Positions 1 to 7,887 of a stretch of DNA of 17,233 nt are shown one piece after another (within the stretch, counting starts at the first letter, position 1; every line of letters starts with the position of its first letter). Location: contig JANRLD010000048.1 of the NCBI GenBank assembly GCA_033762915.1, forward strand, positions 1 through 17,233, written 5' to 3'. Below the pieces are notes generated by a model that saw only the letters and a program-made list of their open reading frames with translations, had not been told where the DNA came from and did no database searches. The position numbers and the translations under genes were made by a program. This stretch comes from Meiothermus sp. GTDB taxonomy: Bacteria; Deinococcota; Deinococci; Deinococcales; Thermaceae.

Positions 1-1023
1 GACACCTCGCTCGACCGCAACTACTTACGCCATGAGATTTTTCCCAAGCTGAAAAGCCGCTTCCCCCAGACCAACCTCTCCTTCGCCCGCTTTGCCGCCA
101 TCACCCAGCTCGACGACGAGGCCCTCGACCCGCTCTCCGCCAACCTGCTGCGCCGCGACGCCCGCTGGCCCTGCCCGGCCTACCGCATCGCCCCCCTGAC
201 CCTTGCCGCCCCGGCCCTGCGCCGCCGCGCCCTGCGGCAGATCTTGGAGGGGATCGGGCTGCGCCCCGAGGCCAAGTGGATCCTGTCCCTGGAAAAGGTG
301 CTCACCGAGGAGGCCATCACCCTGCCCGGGGGCTGGATTGCCCGGCGGCGCGACGGCACCCTGTTCCTGATCCCGCCCGACCTCGAGCTGCCCGCCTGGC
401 GCGACTCGCGGTTGCCCCAGCCGGGCGACTACCTCGACACCGGCGGGGGACGCAAGCGTTTCGTGGAGTTCATGGCCGAGCGCGGGGTGCCGCCCGAGCT
501 GAAGCTGGCCTGGCCGGTACGGGCCTTGCAGAGCGAGGTGCGCGAGGTCTGGAACCTCTGGCCCGAGCCGCTGGACTCCCACTTCATGCGGATGGCCCTC
601 GAGGAGGCCGAGCAGGCCGCAAGAAAGGGCGAGGTGCCGGTAGGGGCGGTGATCGCCTGGGACTCCAAGGTGCTCGCCCGCGCCCACAACCAGGTCGAGC
701 AAAACCGCCTCTCCACCGCCCACGCCGAGTTCTTGGCCCTGACCCAGGCCTTCCACAAACGGGGAGAGAAGGTGCTGCCCGCCGCCACTGTCTACGTGAC
801 CTTGGAGCCCTGCCCGATGTGCTTCGGGGCGCTGCTAGAGGCACAAGTGCGGCGGGTGGTCTACGCGGTGGAGAACCTCAAGGCCGGCGCGGTGACGGTA
901 CACGGCCTGAAGGCGCCTTTTTCCTGGGAGGGCGGGTGGCTCGAGCGCGAGTCCAGCAAGCTGCTGCGGGAGTTTTTCGCGGCGCGGAGGGAGAAGGACA
1001 AACTCTCGAGTTCGGATCAGTGA
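1..1023 (+). CDS. tilS: TilS-TadA fusion (tRNA(Ile)-lysidine synthase C-terminal part plus tRNA adenosine deaminase domain); 5' end lies outside the window
   Basis: Frame 1 is open from base 1 (DTSLDRNYLRHEIFPKL, the TilS D..RN..R...P.L motif) through the tracked ORF 244..1023. The C-terminus has deaminase motifs FMRMALEEA..A...GEVPVGAV, HAE and TLEPCPMC. Confidence 0.9.
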   Translation, partial: DTSLDRNYLRHEIFPKLKSRFPQTNLSFARFAAITQLDDEALDPLSANLLRRDARWPCPAYRIAPLTLAAPALRRRALRQILEGIGLRPEAKWILSLEKVLTEEAITLPGGWIARRRDGTLFLIPPDLELPAWRDSRLPQPGDYLDTGGGRKRFVEFMAERGVPPELKLAWPVRALQSEVREVWNLWPEPLDSHFMRMALEEAEQAARKGEVPVGAVIAWDSKVLARAHNQVEQNRLSTAHAEFLALTQAFHKRGEKVLPAATVYVTLEPCPMCFGALLEAQVRRVVYAVENLKAGAVTVHGLKAPFSWEGGWLERESSKLLREFFAARREKDKLSSSDQ

Positions 1024-1060
1024 TAACGGACCACCGGCAGCCAGGTATCATGAGCCCGGT

Positions 1061-2239
1061 ATGTTCGATGTGCTTATCGTCTCGGGCGGCAACGCCGAGG
1101 ACTTGATTGGGGCCACACTAAGCGCCCATCTGGGCGGGCTGCGGCTGGCGGCCCTTCCCCTAGTGGGGGCCGGGAAGCGCTACGAGGGCGTGGCTGCACA
1201 GATCCTCGGGCCACGAACGGTCATGCCCTCGGGGGGGTTTCCATTCAACAGCCTGGACAACCTGGTGAACGACATGCGGGCGGGATTCCTGACTGAGACC
1301 TTCCGCCAGTTACTAGCCGCCCAGGCGGCGCGGCGCGAGGCGCGAGCCGTCGCAGCGGTGGGGGACGCATTCTCCCTGCTGATGGGCTGTGTAGCCTCGG
1401 GCTGGGGGCGACTTCCGCTATTCCACCTTCAGCCACAGATCTCGAGGTACTACTGGGGCGAGCGATCCACATGGGAACGCCTGCAACAGCCCAACCAGTT
1501 CGGGGCCGAAGACTATCTTTTCTACGAGCGATGGATGCACCAATGCGTGCGAGCGGTCTACGTGCGCGACAGGCTGAGCGAGGCCAGGGCGCGGCAACTA
1601 GGGATGCACAAAGCCCGCTTCGTGGGCGGGATGGCGATGGACACCCTGACGACCCCCGAGCGCGATCTGGGCCACCTGACCGACGGGCGGCCCGTGCTGG
1701 TGCTGCTTCCGGGCACCCGCGACGACGTACAGTTCAGCCTACCGATGATGCTTAAGAGCGCCGCCCTGCTGCCCCAGATGCAAGGTCTGGTGGCCTGGGC
1801 CGCCAACTTCGACAGGGTTCCGCTGCCCGAAGGGTGGCGGCTCGAGGTGCACTCGGAGCAGGACGCCTTCGCCACCAACGGCAGCACCCAGGTCTGGCTG
1901 CTGAGGCAAGCCTTCTCGGCGATTCTGGGGCTCGGCAAGGTGGCGGTCGGAACCGCCGGAACCGCCAACGAACAGGCTGCAGGGTCGGGCATCCCGGTAG
2001 TGGCCTTCCCCACCACCGGGCCGCAGTATCTTATGCCCAACGCACTACGACAAACCCGCCTGCTAGGGCTGGCACTAAAGCTGGTGGAAGCCCGGCCCGA
2101 GGTGATCGCCGCCGCTGTGCGGGAGCGCCTCGAAAACCTCGCCCTGAGGGCCGAGGCCCTAGCGGACGGCCTCGAGCGCAACGGCCCTAGGGGGGCGCTG
2201 CCCCAAATTGCCGCCGAAATCAAGGCGAGCCTGCTCTAG
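1061..2239 (+). CDS. Lipid-A-disaccharide-synthase-related (LpxB-like, TIGR03492-type) GT-B protein
   Basis: 392 aa with SGGNAEDLIG, ALPLVGAG, MPSGGF, AVGD, VRDRLS, LLPGTR, AGTANEQAAGSGIPV and GPQY, a motif series typical of this family. Confidence 0.8.
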   Translation: MFDVLIVSGGNAEDLIGATLSAHLGGLRLAALPLVGAGKRYEGVAAQILGPRTVMPSGGFPFNSLDNLVNDMRAGFLTETFRQLLAAQAARREARAVAAVGDAFSLLMGCVASGWGRLPLFHLQPQISRYYWGERSTWERLQQPNQFGAEDYLFYERWMHQCVRAVYVRDRLSEARARQLGMHKARFVGGMAMDTLTTPERDLGHLTDGRPVLVLLPGTRDDVQFSLPMMLKSAALLPQMQGLVAWAANFDRVPLPEGWRLEVHSEQDAFATNGSTQVWLLRQAFSAILGLGKVAVGTAGTANEQAAGSGIPVVAFPTTGPQYLMPNALRQTRLLGLALKLVEARPEVIAAAVRERLENLALRAEALADGLERNGPRGALPQIAAEIKASLL

Positions 2240-3275
2240 TCCCAACCGACTCGAGGGCCAATCTTTGTATTTGGGCGACCCAGTGTTCGATGCGGTGTTC
2301 TTGTACCACAGGTTGCAGGGCTTGCTGAAAACCTTGTCTGATGGCCGGGTTGCTCAAACTAAGGATGCGAGGCCAGATAGTTTGCGGGGTCTCGCTGCCG
2401 AAGGGAGCAATATTCATCACCAAGGGCTGTAGGGCGGGGGTTTGGGCAAACAGCTTGCCTAATCCAGTGGGGGTCACGAACGGCACTGCCCCCGCTGAGG
2501 CCGCCTCAAGCGATACATAACCAAAACCTTCATACCGGCTAGGCAGCAGCAAGAAATCCAACAGGCTATACAGGCCGTACAGTTCGGGGCGCTCGAGGCT
2601 GCCCAGCCACAGCACCTGCGGGTGCTGGAAGGGCGGCCAGGGGCGCATGGCGTAGATGCCGTCCGGCGAGGAGCGGATCACTAGCCCCGCCTCCGGGGGT
2701 ATCTGCTGCGCCATCTGCTGGACGGCATCGGGGTTCTTGGTCACGTCCCAGCGGGCCACAAAGCCGCCCAGTAGGCCGAACCGGGCCTTGAACCGCGTCA
2801 CCGAGTCCAGCGCTGCCGTGAACTGTGGGCTCTGGTAATCAACCCCATTGGGGATCAGCACCGGGTCAAGGCCGAAGTCTTGGCGCATCTCCGCAGCGTT
2901 GGCGTGGGAGACCGCGATCAGCCTGGCTCCCCGGCTCAGCAACTGGGCGAACTTGGCCTTGAGCAGGTGGTGAAAAACTTCGTCAACCGGCCTGCGCCAG
3001 TACCAGCCGTTGTTGCGGGCATAGGTACGGATCGAGTCGTGCGGGATAATCCACACCGCCCTGGCCCGATTCACCCAGGCGTCCGCCCACAACGCCACCG
3101 TTCCTTGGGAGCCGTTGAGGATCAGCAGGTCGCAGTCTTGGGGTCGGTAGGTGGGGAGCGCAAAGGAGACGGTGAATCCGACCGCCTCGAGGGCTTTAGC
3201 AAGTTTGCCGGCGTACACCTCGGCCCCGCCGTGGATGCTGCTCGGCAGATTGGCCCCGTAGATGGTAGCCTTCAC
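2220..3275 (-). CDS. GT4 family glycosyltransferase
   Basis: GGAE N-terminal motif, IAVS, IPNGVD and PSRYEGFGYVSLEAASAG (E-x7-E). GTG start. The stop overlaps the convergent upstream gene by 20 bp. Confidence 0.9.
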   Translation of the reverse strand: MKATIYGANLPSSIHGGAEVYAGKLAKALEAVGFTVSFALPTYRPQDCDLLILNGSQGTVALWADAWVNRARAVWIIPHDSIRTYARNNGWYWRRPVDEVFHHLLKAKFAQLLSRGARLIAVSHANAAEMRQDFGLDPVLIPNGVDYQSPQFTAALDSVTRFKARFGLLGGFVARWDVTKNPDAVQQMAQQIPPEAGLVIRSSPDGIYAMRPWPPFQHPQVLWLGSLERPELYGLYSLLDFLLLPSRYEGFGYVSLEAASAGAVPFVTPTGLGKLFAQTPALQPLVMNIAPFGSETPQTIWPRILSLSNPAIRQGFQQALQPVVQEHRIEHWVAQIQRLALESVGTRAGSP

Positions 3276-3281
3276 CCGCCC

Positions 3282-3287
3282 ATCCTA
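3282..3287 (-). promoter_or_regulatory. -10 element (TAGGAT) of a probable leaderless transcript
   Basis: Minus strand reads TAGGAT-GGGCGG-GTG, i.e. a TAnnnT hexamer 6 nt before the start codon. Confidence 0.6.
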
Positions 3288-3326
3288 CCGCCCGAGCAAA
3301 CAGATAGTGCAGTATGTTAATGGCCT

Positions 3327-4430
3327 ATGCGGGTGTTTTTCGACGCCACTCTTTTGGGTAGTGGCACGGGCATTGAGCGTTTTTCTCGAGAACTCTTATC
3401 GGCACTAAACGGTTTCGACCTCGACCTGACCGCTTTGGTCGCCCACCCCCAAATACAATTGCCCGAGACCGTCAAAAAGCTACCCATCTCCCGGTTCCCT
3501 CCAGACGACACCTACCGGGTGCTGTGGCAACAAACTCGGCAGCCGCAGCTGCTCCGACGACACCACGCCGATGTGTACTTCTCGCCCGCGCCGGAGGGCA
3601 TGTTTTTTCCCAGCGTAAAGCAGATCATCAGTGTGCTGGATGTAATTCCCTTGCGCTACCCCACCAATCGGCAGAACACTTTTTTCTACCGCCGGCTGCT
3701 CCCCCTCCTGCTCAACCGCTGCGAAGCGGTGTTGACCATCTCAGAAAACACCCAGAGCGACATCCGCGCCCTGTTTCCCGGCTATCGAAAGGATATACAA
3801 GTAGCCTATCCAGGCTACACACATAGTTGCTTTTATCCACGCCCTGCGGAGGAACAAAAGGCAGTCCAGCGCAAGTACGGCCTCGAGGGCAGGCCCTTCA
3901 TTTTGTTCCTGGGTGAAGCACGGCCTTACAAGAACATTTCCGGCATCATGGCGGCGTTCGCCCAGGCAGACTTGCCCACCTGCCGGTTGGTGGTAGCGGG
4001 CCGACTGGGCGAGCAGGAAGAGCCTTTGCGCCAAAAAATCTGTGAACTACAAATCGAAAACCAGACCGCGCTCCTGGGCTACGTGCCCGACGACGACCTA
4101 GCCGCGCTTTACTCGAGCTGCCAGATGTTCGTCTTTGCCTCGCTCTACGAGGGGTTCGGCATCCCCCCTCTCGAGGCCATGGCCTGCGGCGCGCCGGTCA
4201 TCCTGTCCGACGCCGCCAGCCTGCCTGAGGTGGGGGGTGATGCGGTGATGTACGTCGACCCTCACAGGACAGACGCGATCTGCGAGGCAATTCGGCAGGT
4301 TGCCCATGACCCCAAGTTGCGCCATCACCTTGGGCAAAAGGGGCTGGCTCGAGCCAGCCATTTCAGCTATCACACCGCCGCCGAAAAGCTCTACCAGCTG
4401 ATGAAAAAGGTCGGGGGTAGCCAATCTTGA
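3327..4430 (+). CDS. GT4 family glycosyltransferase (MtfB/WbpY-like)
   Basis: MRVFFDA..GTGIERF, DVIPLRYP, LTISE, PYKNI, GYVPDDDLAALY and SLYEGFGIPPLEAMACGAPV..S.AASLPEVGGDA. Confidence 0.92.
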   Translation: MRVFFDATLLGSGTGIERFSRELLSALNGFDLDLTALVAHPQIQLPETVKKLPISRFPPDDTYRVLWQQTRQPQLLRRHHADVYFSPAPEGMFFPSVKQIISVLDVIPLRYPTNRQNTFFYRRLLPLLLNRCEAVLTISENTQSDIRALFPGYRKDIQVAYPGYTHSCFYPRPAEEQKAVQRKYGLEGRPFILFLGEARPYKNISGIMAAFAQADLPTCRLVVAGRLGEQEEPLRQKICELQIENQTALLGYVPDDDLAALYSSCQMFVFASLYEGFGIPPLEAMACGAPVILSDAASLPEVGGDAVMYVDPHRTDAICEAIRQVAHDPKLRHHLGQKGLARASHFSYHTAAEKLYQLMKKVGGSQS

Positions 4431-4453
4431 GGCTGCTGCTGCTGTCAAAGACT

Positions 4454-4459
4454 TAGTAT
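4454..4459 (+). promoter_or_regulatory. -10 element (TAGTAT) of a probable leaderless MFS transcript
   Basis: TAGTAT-AGGTAT-ATG(4466), with no convincing Shine-Dalgarno. Confidence 0.55.
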
Positions 4460-4465
4460 AGGTAT

Positions 4466-5659
4466 ATGCGCTGGCTCGAGAAGTTGCCCTGGAACCCTCA
4501 ATCGCTGCCAGCCCTGCTGAGCCTAGCGCTGGTGATCGGGATGCTCGAGATGGTTAAGACGGCCCTGTTCGTGGTCTACCTGCCGCTCTCACGGGAATCA
4601 CTAGGCATCGAATATGTAGCCATCGGGGTAGCCTGGACGATTCACACCCTGATTGCGTCCTTCAGCCGCCCCATCGGGGGCTGGATGGTGCAACGCTTCG
4701 GGCTGGGGCTGGTGGCGTTCGCGGCAGGACTGGCGGGAATAGCAACCATTGCGGTGATCACCCAGCACACCAACGTGTGGCTGTTCTGGGTTATGTGCGC
4801 CGTCTGGGGGCTGTTCATGTCGGCCATGCTGCCAGGGCTGTTCACCCTCTCGAGCCGTATCGCAGTAGTAGGGCGTGAGGGACGCGCCCTGGCCTACACC
4901 AACTTCCTTCTGATGCCCTGGGTGGGGTTGGGCTGGGTGTTGGGAACCTTCGTGACCAAGAACTTTGCAGAGGCAGCACTCGAGGCTCTCCTGATTACCC
5001 AGGCAGTAGCCACTATTCTGGCGCTAACCGCCTATAAAATCCGCGAGCCCATACCCACCGAGCGCTTCGAGTGGAGGCATCTCAGTCCGATCTTGATAAT
5101 TGTTCCAGTGGCTTTTGCCCAGACCTTCGCGCCAGCCTTCTTGACTCTGACGGCCATCAAATATACCACCGTCACCTTGGGATTTTTCGAGTGGCAGCTC
5201 TACTTGGCAATCGGGCTTGCGGCAACAGTGGCCTTCGGGGGAACTGCCATAATTGGACGCATAGCCGACCGAGGCGATGCCCGTATCCCGCTGGTGGCGG
5301 GCTTATTGTTGATGGCCCTGGTCTTCGTATTGATCAGCAGGCAGCCTGAGTATGGGCAGTTTGTTCTGCTTCTGATCGTTGGCGGAATAGCTTACGCGAC
5401 CTTTGTTCCGAGCTGGAACGCCATGCTGGTGCGCCTGATGCCGTTGGACAATCGGGCCACCATCTGGGGTGCCTTGATGGTGGTGGAGGGGATCGGGGAC
5501 GCGACCGGCCCTACGGTTGGCACCCTGCTCTGGGACACTCTCGGCCCTGGCGGCCCCTTTATTGGAGCCGCAGTCATCTTCATCATCGTGGCCCTCTTCT
5601 ACGCCCTGGTCTTCAACAAGCTGCTGGGTGACCGTAGCAAATCACCTGTCGAGCGGTAA
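4466..5659 (+). CDS. MFS transporter, LtaA-like (candidate glycolipid flippase)
   Basis: 397 aa with about 12 hydrophobic segments and MFS motif A-like GWMVQRFG and GRIADRG. LEMVK, WTIH and PSWNAM....P...RATIWG....EGIG...GP..G resemble Staphylococcus LtaA as I recall it. Confidence 0.8.
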   Translation: MRWLEKLPWNPQSLPALLSLALVIGMLEMVKTALFVVYLPLSRESLGIEYVAIGVAWTIHTLIASFSRPIGGWMVQRFGLGLVAFAAGLAGIATIAVITQHTNVWLFWVMCAVWGLFMSAMLPGLFTLSSRIAVVGREGRALAYTNFLLMPWVGLGWVLGTFVTKNFAEAALEALLITQAVATILALTAYKIREPIPTERFEWRHLSPILIIVPVAFAQTFAPAFLTLTAIKYTTVTLGFFEWQLYLAIGLAATVAFGGTAIIGRIADRGDARIPLVAGLLLMALVFVLISRQPEYGQFVLLLIVGGIAYATFVPSWNAMLVRLMPLDNRATIWGALMVVEGIGDATGPTVGTLLWDTLGPGGPFIGAAVIFIIVALFYALVFNKLLGDRSKSPVER

Positions 5660-5685
5660 ACCGAGCGGTAAACCGAGCGGTAAAC
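5650..5685 (+). repeat. Perfect 12-bp tandem repeat x3 (CGAGCGGTAAAC) spanning the MFS stop codon
   Basis: Identical copies at 5650-5661, 5662-5673 and 5674-5685. Confidence 0.97.
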
Positions 5686-5744
5686 CAGGCAGCCTCGAGG
5701 CTACACCAACGGTGCGCTCAAGCTCACTCGCTTTTGTTACCCTC

Positions 5745-6115
5745 AGCGCCGCCCCGCCGCCCTGGCCTGCACCTCGAGGGCCACATGCAGCCCAAGTGAA
5801 ACCGCCGGCTGCCCCTCGAGTACCCAGGCCGGCCGTTAACATTCGGCCCCTTCCAGCACCGACGCATTGCCCGGATTTGGTAGAGCGGTCTCGGGGATAG
5901 CACCGCCCAACAGCAGCCCCAGGTGGAGGGTGGTCTGTGGGTTTGTGCCGGGTCAGCAGCCTGTGCCGGTGCCTGGCGGTCCGGGTGTCTGCCAGCAGGA
6001 TGACCCTGAACAGTGTACGGTCGCCCGGGCATCCGGGCAGCAGTCCCAGCTGCGCCCGGCCGGGGCTGTGCGGCAGGGCCCGGAAGGGCCCGAGGCCTGT
6101 GACCAAAACCCGCAA
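5745..6115 (-). pseudogene. pcp: Degenerate pyroglutamyl-peptidase I (peptidase C15)
   Basis: N-terminus MRVLVTGLGPFRALPHSP..QLGLLP (family: ILVTGFEPF...NPS..LL.LP). TTLHLGL follows in a shifted frame and HVALEVQARA (family C-terminal motif) lies at about 5787-5758. The relic is short and the catalytic Cys region is not recognisable. Confidence 0.75.
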
Positions 6116-6184
6116 ATTTCATTGCTTAACCGTTACAATCAGCGTGACAGGACCGCGTCGCCTCGCAGAAAGGGAATTCCCGAC

Positions 6185-7030
6185 ATGGATTTAGCCGTCA
6201 TAACCGACTCCTCCAGCGACCTCAGCCCCGCCACCACCGACGACCTGGGGGTGGGACTGGTCAAGGCCCAGGTGGTGCGCCAGGGTCAGTTGCTGCGCGA
6301 CTGGGATCAGATCTCGCCCATCGAGGTGTTGAGCGCCCAGGCCGAAGGCCTCGAGCTGCAGACCCAGCCCCCCGGCGTACAGGACTTCCTCGAGACCTAC
6401 GAGGAGTACCTCCACCACTACGACCGCCTGATCTCGCTGCACCTCTCCTCCGATCTCTCGGTGAGCGTGGTGCGGGCCAGGATCGCCGCCGAGCAGATCG
6501 CCCCCCAGCGCGTCCATGTGGTGGACAGCCGCAGCGTGAGCATCGGGCTCTCGGCCCAGGTGGCGCGGGCAGTGGAGCTGATCCGGCTGGGTTGGGAGGA
6601 GGGCGCTATCCTGGGCGAACTCGAGCGCATCCAGCGCAGCGGGCTGCTGCTGTTCAGCGTGGCCGACGAGGTACACCTGATTCGCAGCGGGCGGGTGCCG
6701 CGCACTGTGCTGTCCGACCTCAGTGCCCCCCAGATGGCCCCAGTGCTGAGCGTGCAGGAGGGCCGGATTCAGCTCGCGCGGGTGGTGAAGCGGGAGGGGC
6801 TCGAGGCCAGCCTGGTCTCGCTCCTGGCCGAGCCCCTCAAGGGGCGGCTGTGCCGGGTCAGCTTCGGCCACACCAGCGCCAGCCCCGAGGCAGTCGAGCG
6901 CTTTAAGCAGCTCCTCGGCGAGAGCCCGCTCAACCTCGAGCGGGGGCGGGTGGTCCAGCTCGGCGCGGCGGTGACCACCCACCTGGGCGCGGGCGCGCTG
7001 GCCGTACACGCCTACCCGATGGTGGGCTAA
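6185..7030 (+). CDS. DegV/FakB family fatty-acid-binding protein
   Basis: MDLAVITDSSSDL, TQPP, HLSSDLS, VVDSRSVSIGL, SGR and THLGAGAL. ATG at 6185 follows AAAGGGA, so the tracked ORF from 5867 is over-extended. Confidence 0.9.
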   Translation: MDLAVITDSSSDLSPATTDDLGVGLVKAQVVRQGQLLRDWDQISPIEVLSAQAEGLELQTQPPGVQDFLETYEEYLHHYDRLISLHLSSDLSVSVVRARIAAEQIAPQRVHVVDSRSVSIGLSAQVARAVELIRLGWEEGAILGELERIQRSGLLLFSVADEVHLIRSGRVPRTVLSDLSAPQMAPVLSVQEGRIQLARVVKREGLEASLVSLLAEPLKGRLCRVSFGHTSASPEAVERFKQLLGESPLNLERGRVVQLGAAVTTHLGAGALAVHAYPMVG

Positions 7031-7043
7031 GTCGCCCAACGGG

Positions 7044-7049
7044 TACAAT
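7044..7049 (+). promoter_or_regulatory. -10 element (TACAAT) of a probable leaderless cupin transcript
   Basis: TACAAT-CGGGC-ATG(7055), no SD. Confidence 0.6.
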
Positions 7050-7054
7050 CGGGC

Positions 7055-7504
7055 ATGGAAAAACAGACCAAGGGCACCGGCCAGATTGACGCGTCCATCG
7101 TCGAAGATCTCGATGGCATCACCGTAATTCGCGGGGGCGGCGACCAGCGCGGCTGGAACGGCATCCTCTACAAGCAGGGGATGTCTGGAAAGAACGTCGG
7201 CTCAACCGGCGTGTCCATCAACGTCGCTACGGTGCCGCCCGGCGCGGTGGCCTACGCCCACATCCACGACGGCTTCGAGGTGATGCTGTTCATCGTGCAA
7301 GGCAGGGTCAAGCACACCTACGGCGAGGGCCTGACCAAGGAAGTGATCAACCAGGCGGGCGACTTCATCTATATCAAGCCTGGCGTGCCACACGAGGTAT
7401 TCAACATCGGCGACGAGCCCCTGATCGCCTTCGTGGCCCGCTCGGCCGCCGACGAGTGGGATAAGATTGTGAACTACCCGTCCCAGTTCCGCCCAGCAGA
7501 ATAG
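7055..7504 (+). CDS. Cupin-domain (RmlC-like) protein
   Basis: PPG...AHIH...E....GR and GDFIYIKPGVPH motifs with metal ligands H, H, E, H. Confidence 0.88.
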   Translation: MEKQTKGTGQIDASIVEDLDGITVIRGGGDQRGWNGILYKQGMSGKNVGSTGVSINVATVPPGAVAYAHIHDGFEVMLFIVQGRVKHTYGEGLTKEVINQAGDFIYIKPGVPHEVFNIGDEPLIAFVARSAADEWDKIVNYPSQFRPAE

Positions 7505-7530
7505 ACCACCCGCCATCACCACCCGCCATC
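7505..7530 (+). repeat. 13-bp direct repeat x2 (ACCACCCGCCATC)
   Basis: Copies at 7505-7517 and 7518-7530, directly after the cupin stop. Confidence 0.9.
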
Positions 7531-7531
7531 G

Positions 7532-7556
7532 AGCCCCCGTTTAACGGGGGCTTTTT
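7532..7556 (+). terminator. Intrinsic terminator after the cupin gene
   Basis: AGCCCCCGT-tta-ACGGGGGCT followed by TTTT. Confidence 0.85.
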
Positions 7557-7615
7557 AGTGTCTCCATCGTTGCAATGCAAATGTCGCCCGCCAGCTCCCG
7601 CAGGGAATTTCGCCT

Positions 7616-7697
7616 CGGGTAGCCGCTCCGCGGCTATGGCGCACGCCACTCCGCCCCGGGTAGCCGCTCTGCGGCTATGGCGCACGCCACTCCGCCC
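7616..7697. repeat. 41-bp tandem repeat x2 with internal palindromes (REP-like)
   Basis: CGGGTAGCCGCTC[C/T]GCGGCTATGGCGCACGCCACTCCGCCC at 7616-7656 and 7657-7697, one mismatch. Each unit contains TAGCCGC/GCGGCTA and TGGCG/CGCCA inverted repeats. Confidence 0.92.
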
Positions 7698-7887
7698 TGG
7701 CACGTATTTGCCGCTTCCGCCGATTCTGCGCTTCTACCCTGGCGCAATTTAGCTGAGCGCGGGCGACCAGCGGCAGTTTTAACCCAAACAGCGCAACGAA
7801 TGCCTAAAAAATCCGATACGTTACGCAAGGTGAATATGGTTAATCCCAAAGTGTTATAAAAATTCTGGACGTTTGTGCGAAAAATCG

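Noticed and set aside
5867..6184. N-terminal extension or fusion on DegV
   Set aside because: It is the antisense of the pcp relic; the DegV motif begins at ATG 6185 after an SD-like sequence.
7616..7697. 41-bp palindromic repeats as a CRISPR array
   Set aside because: Only two head-to-tail copies, no spacer and no cas genes.
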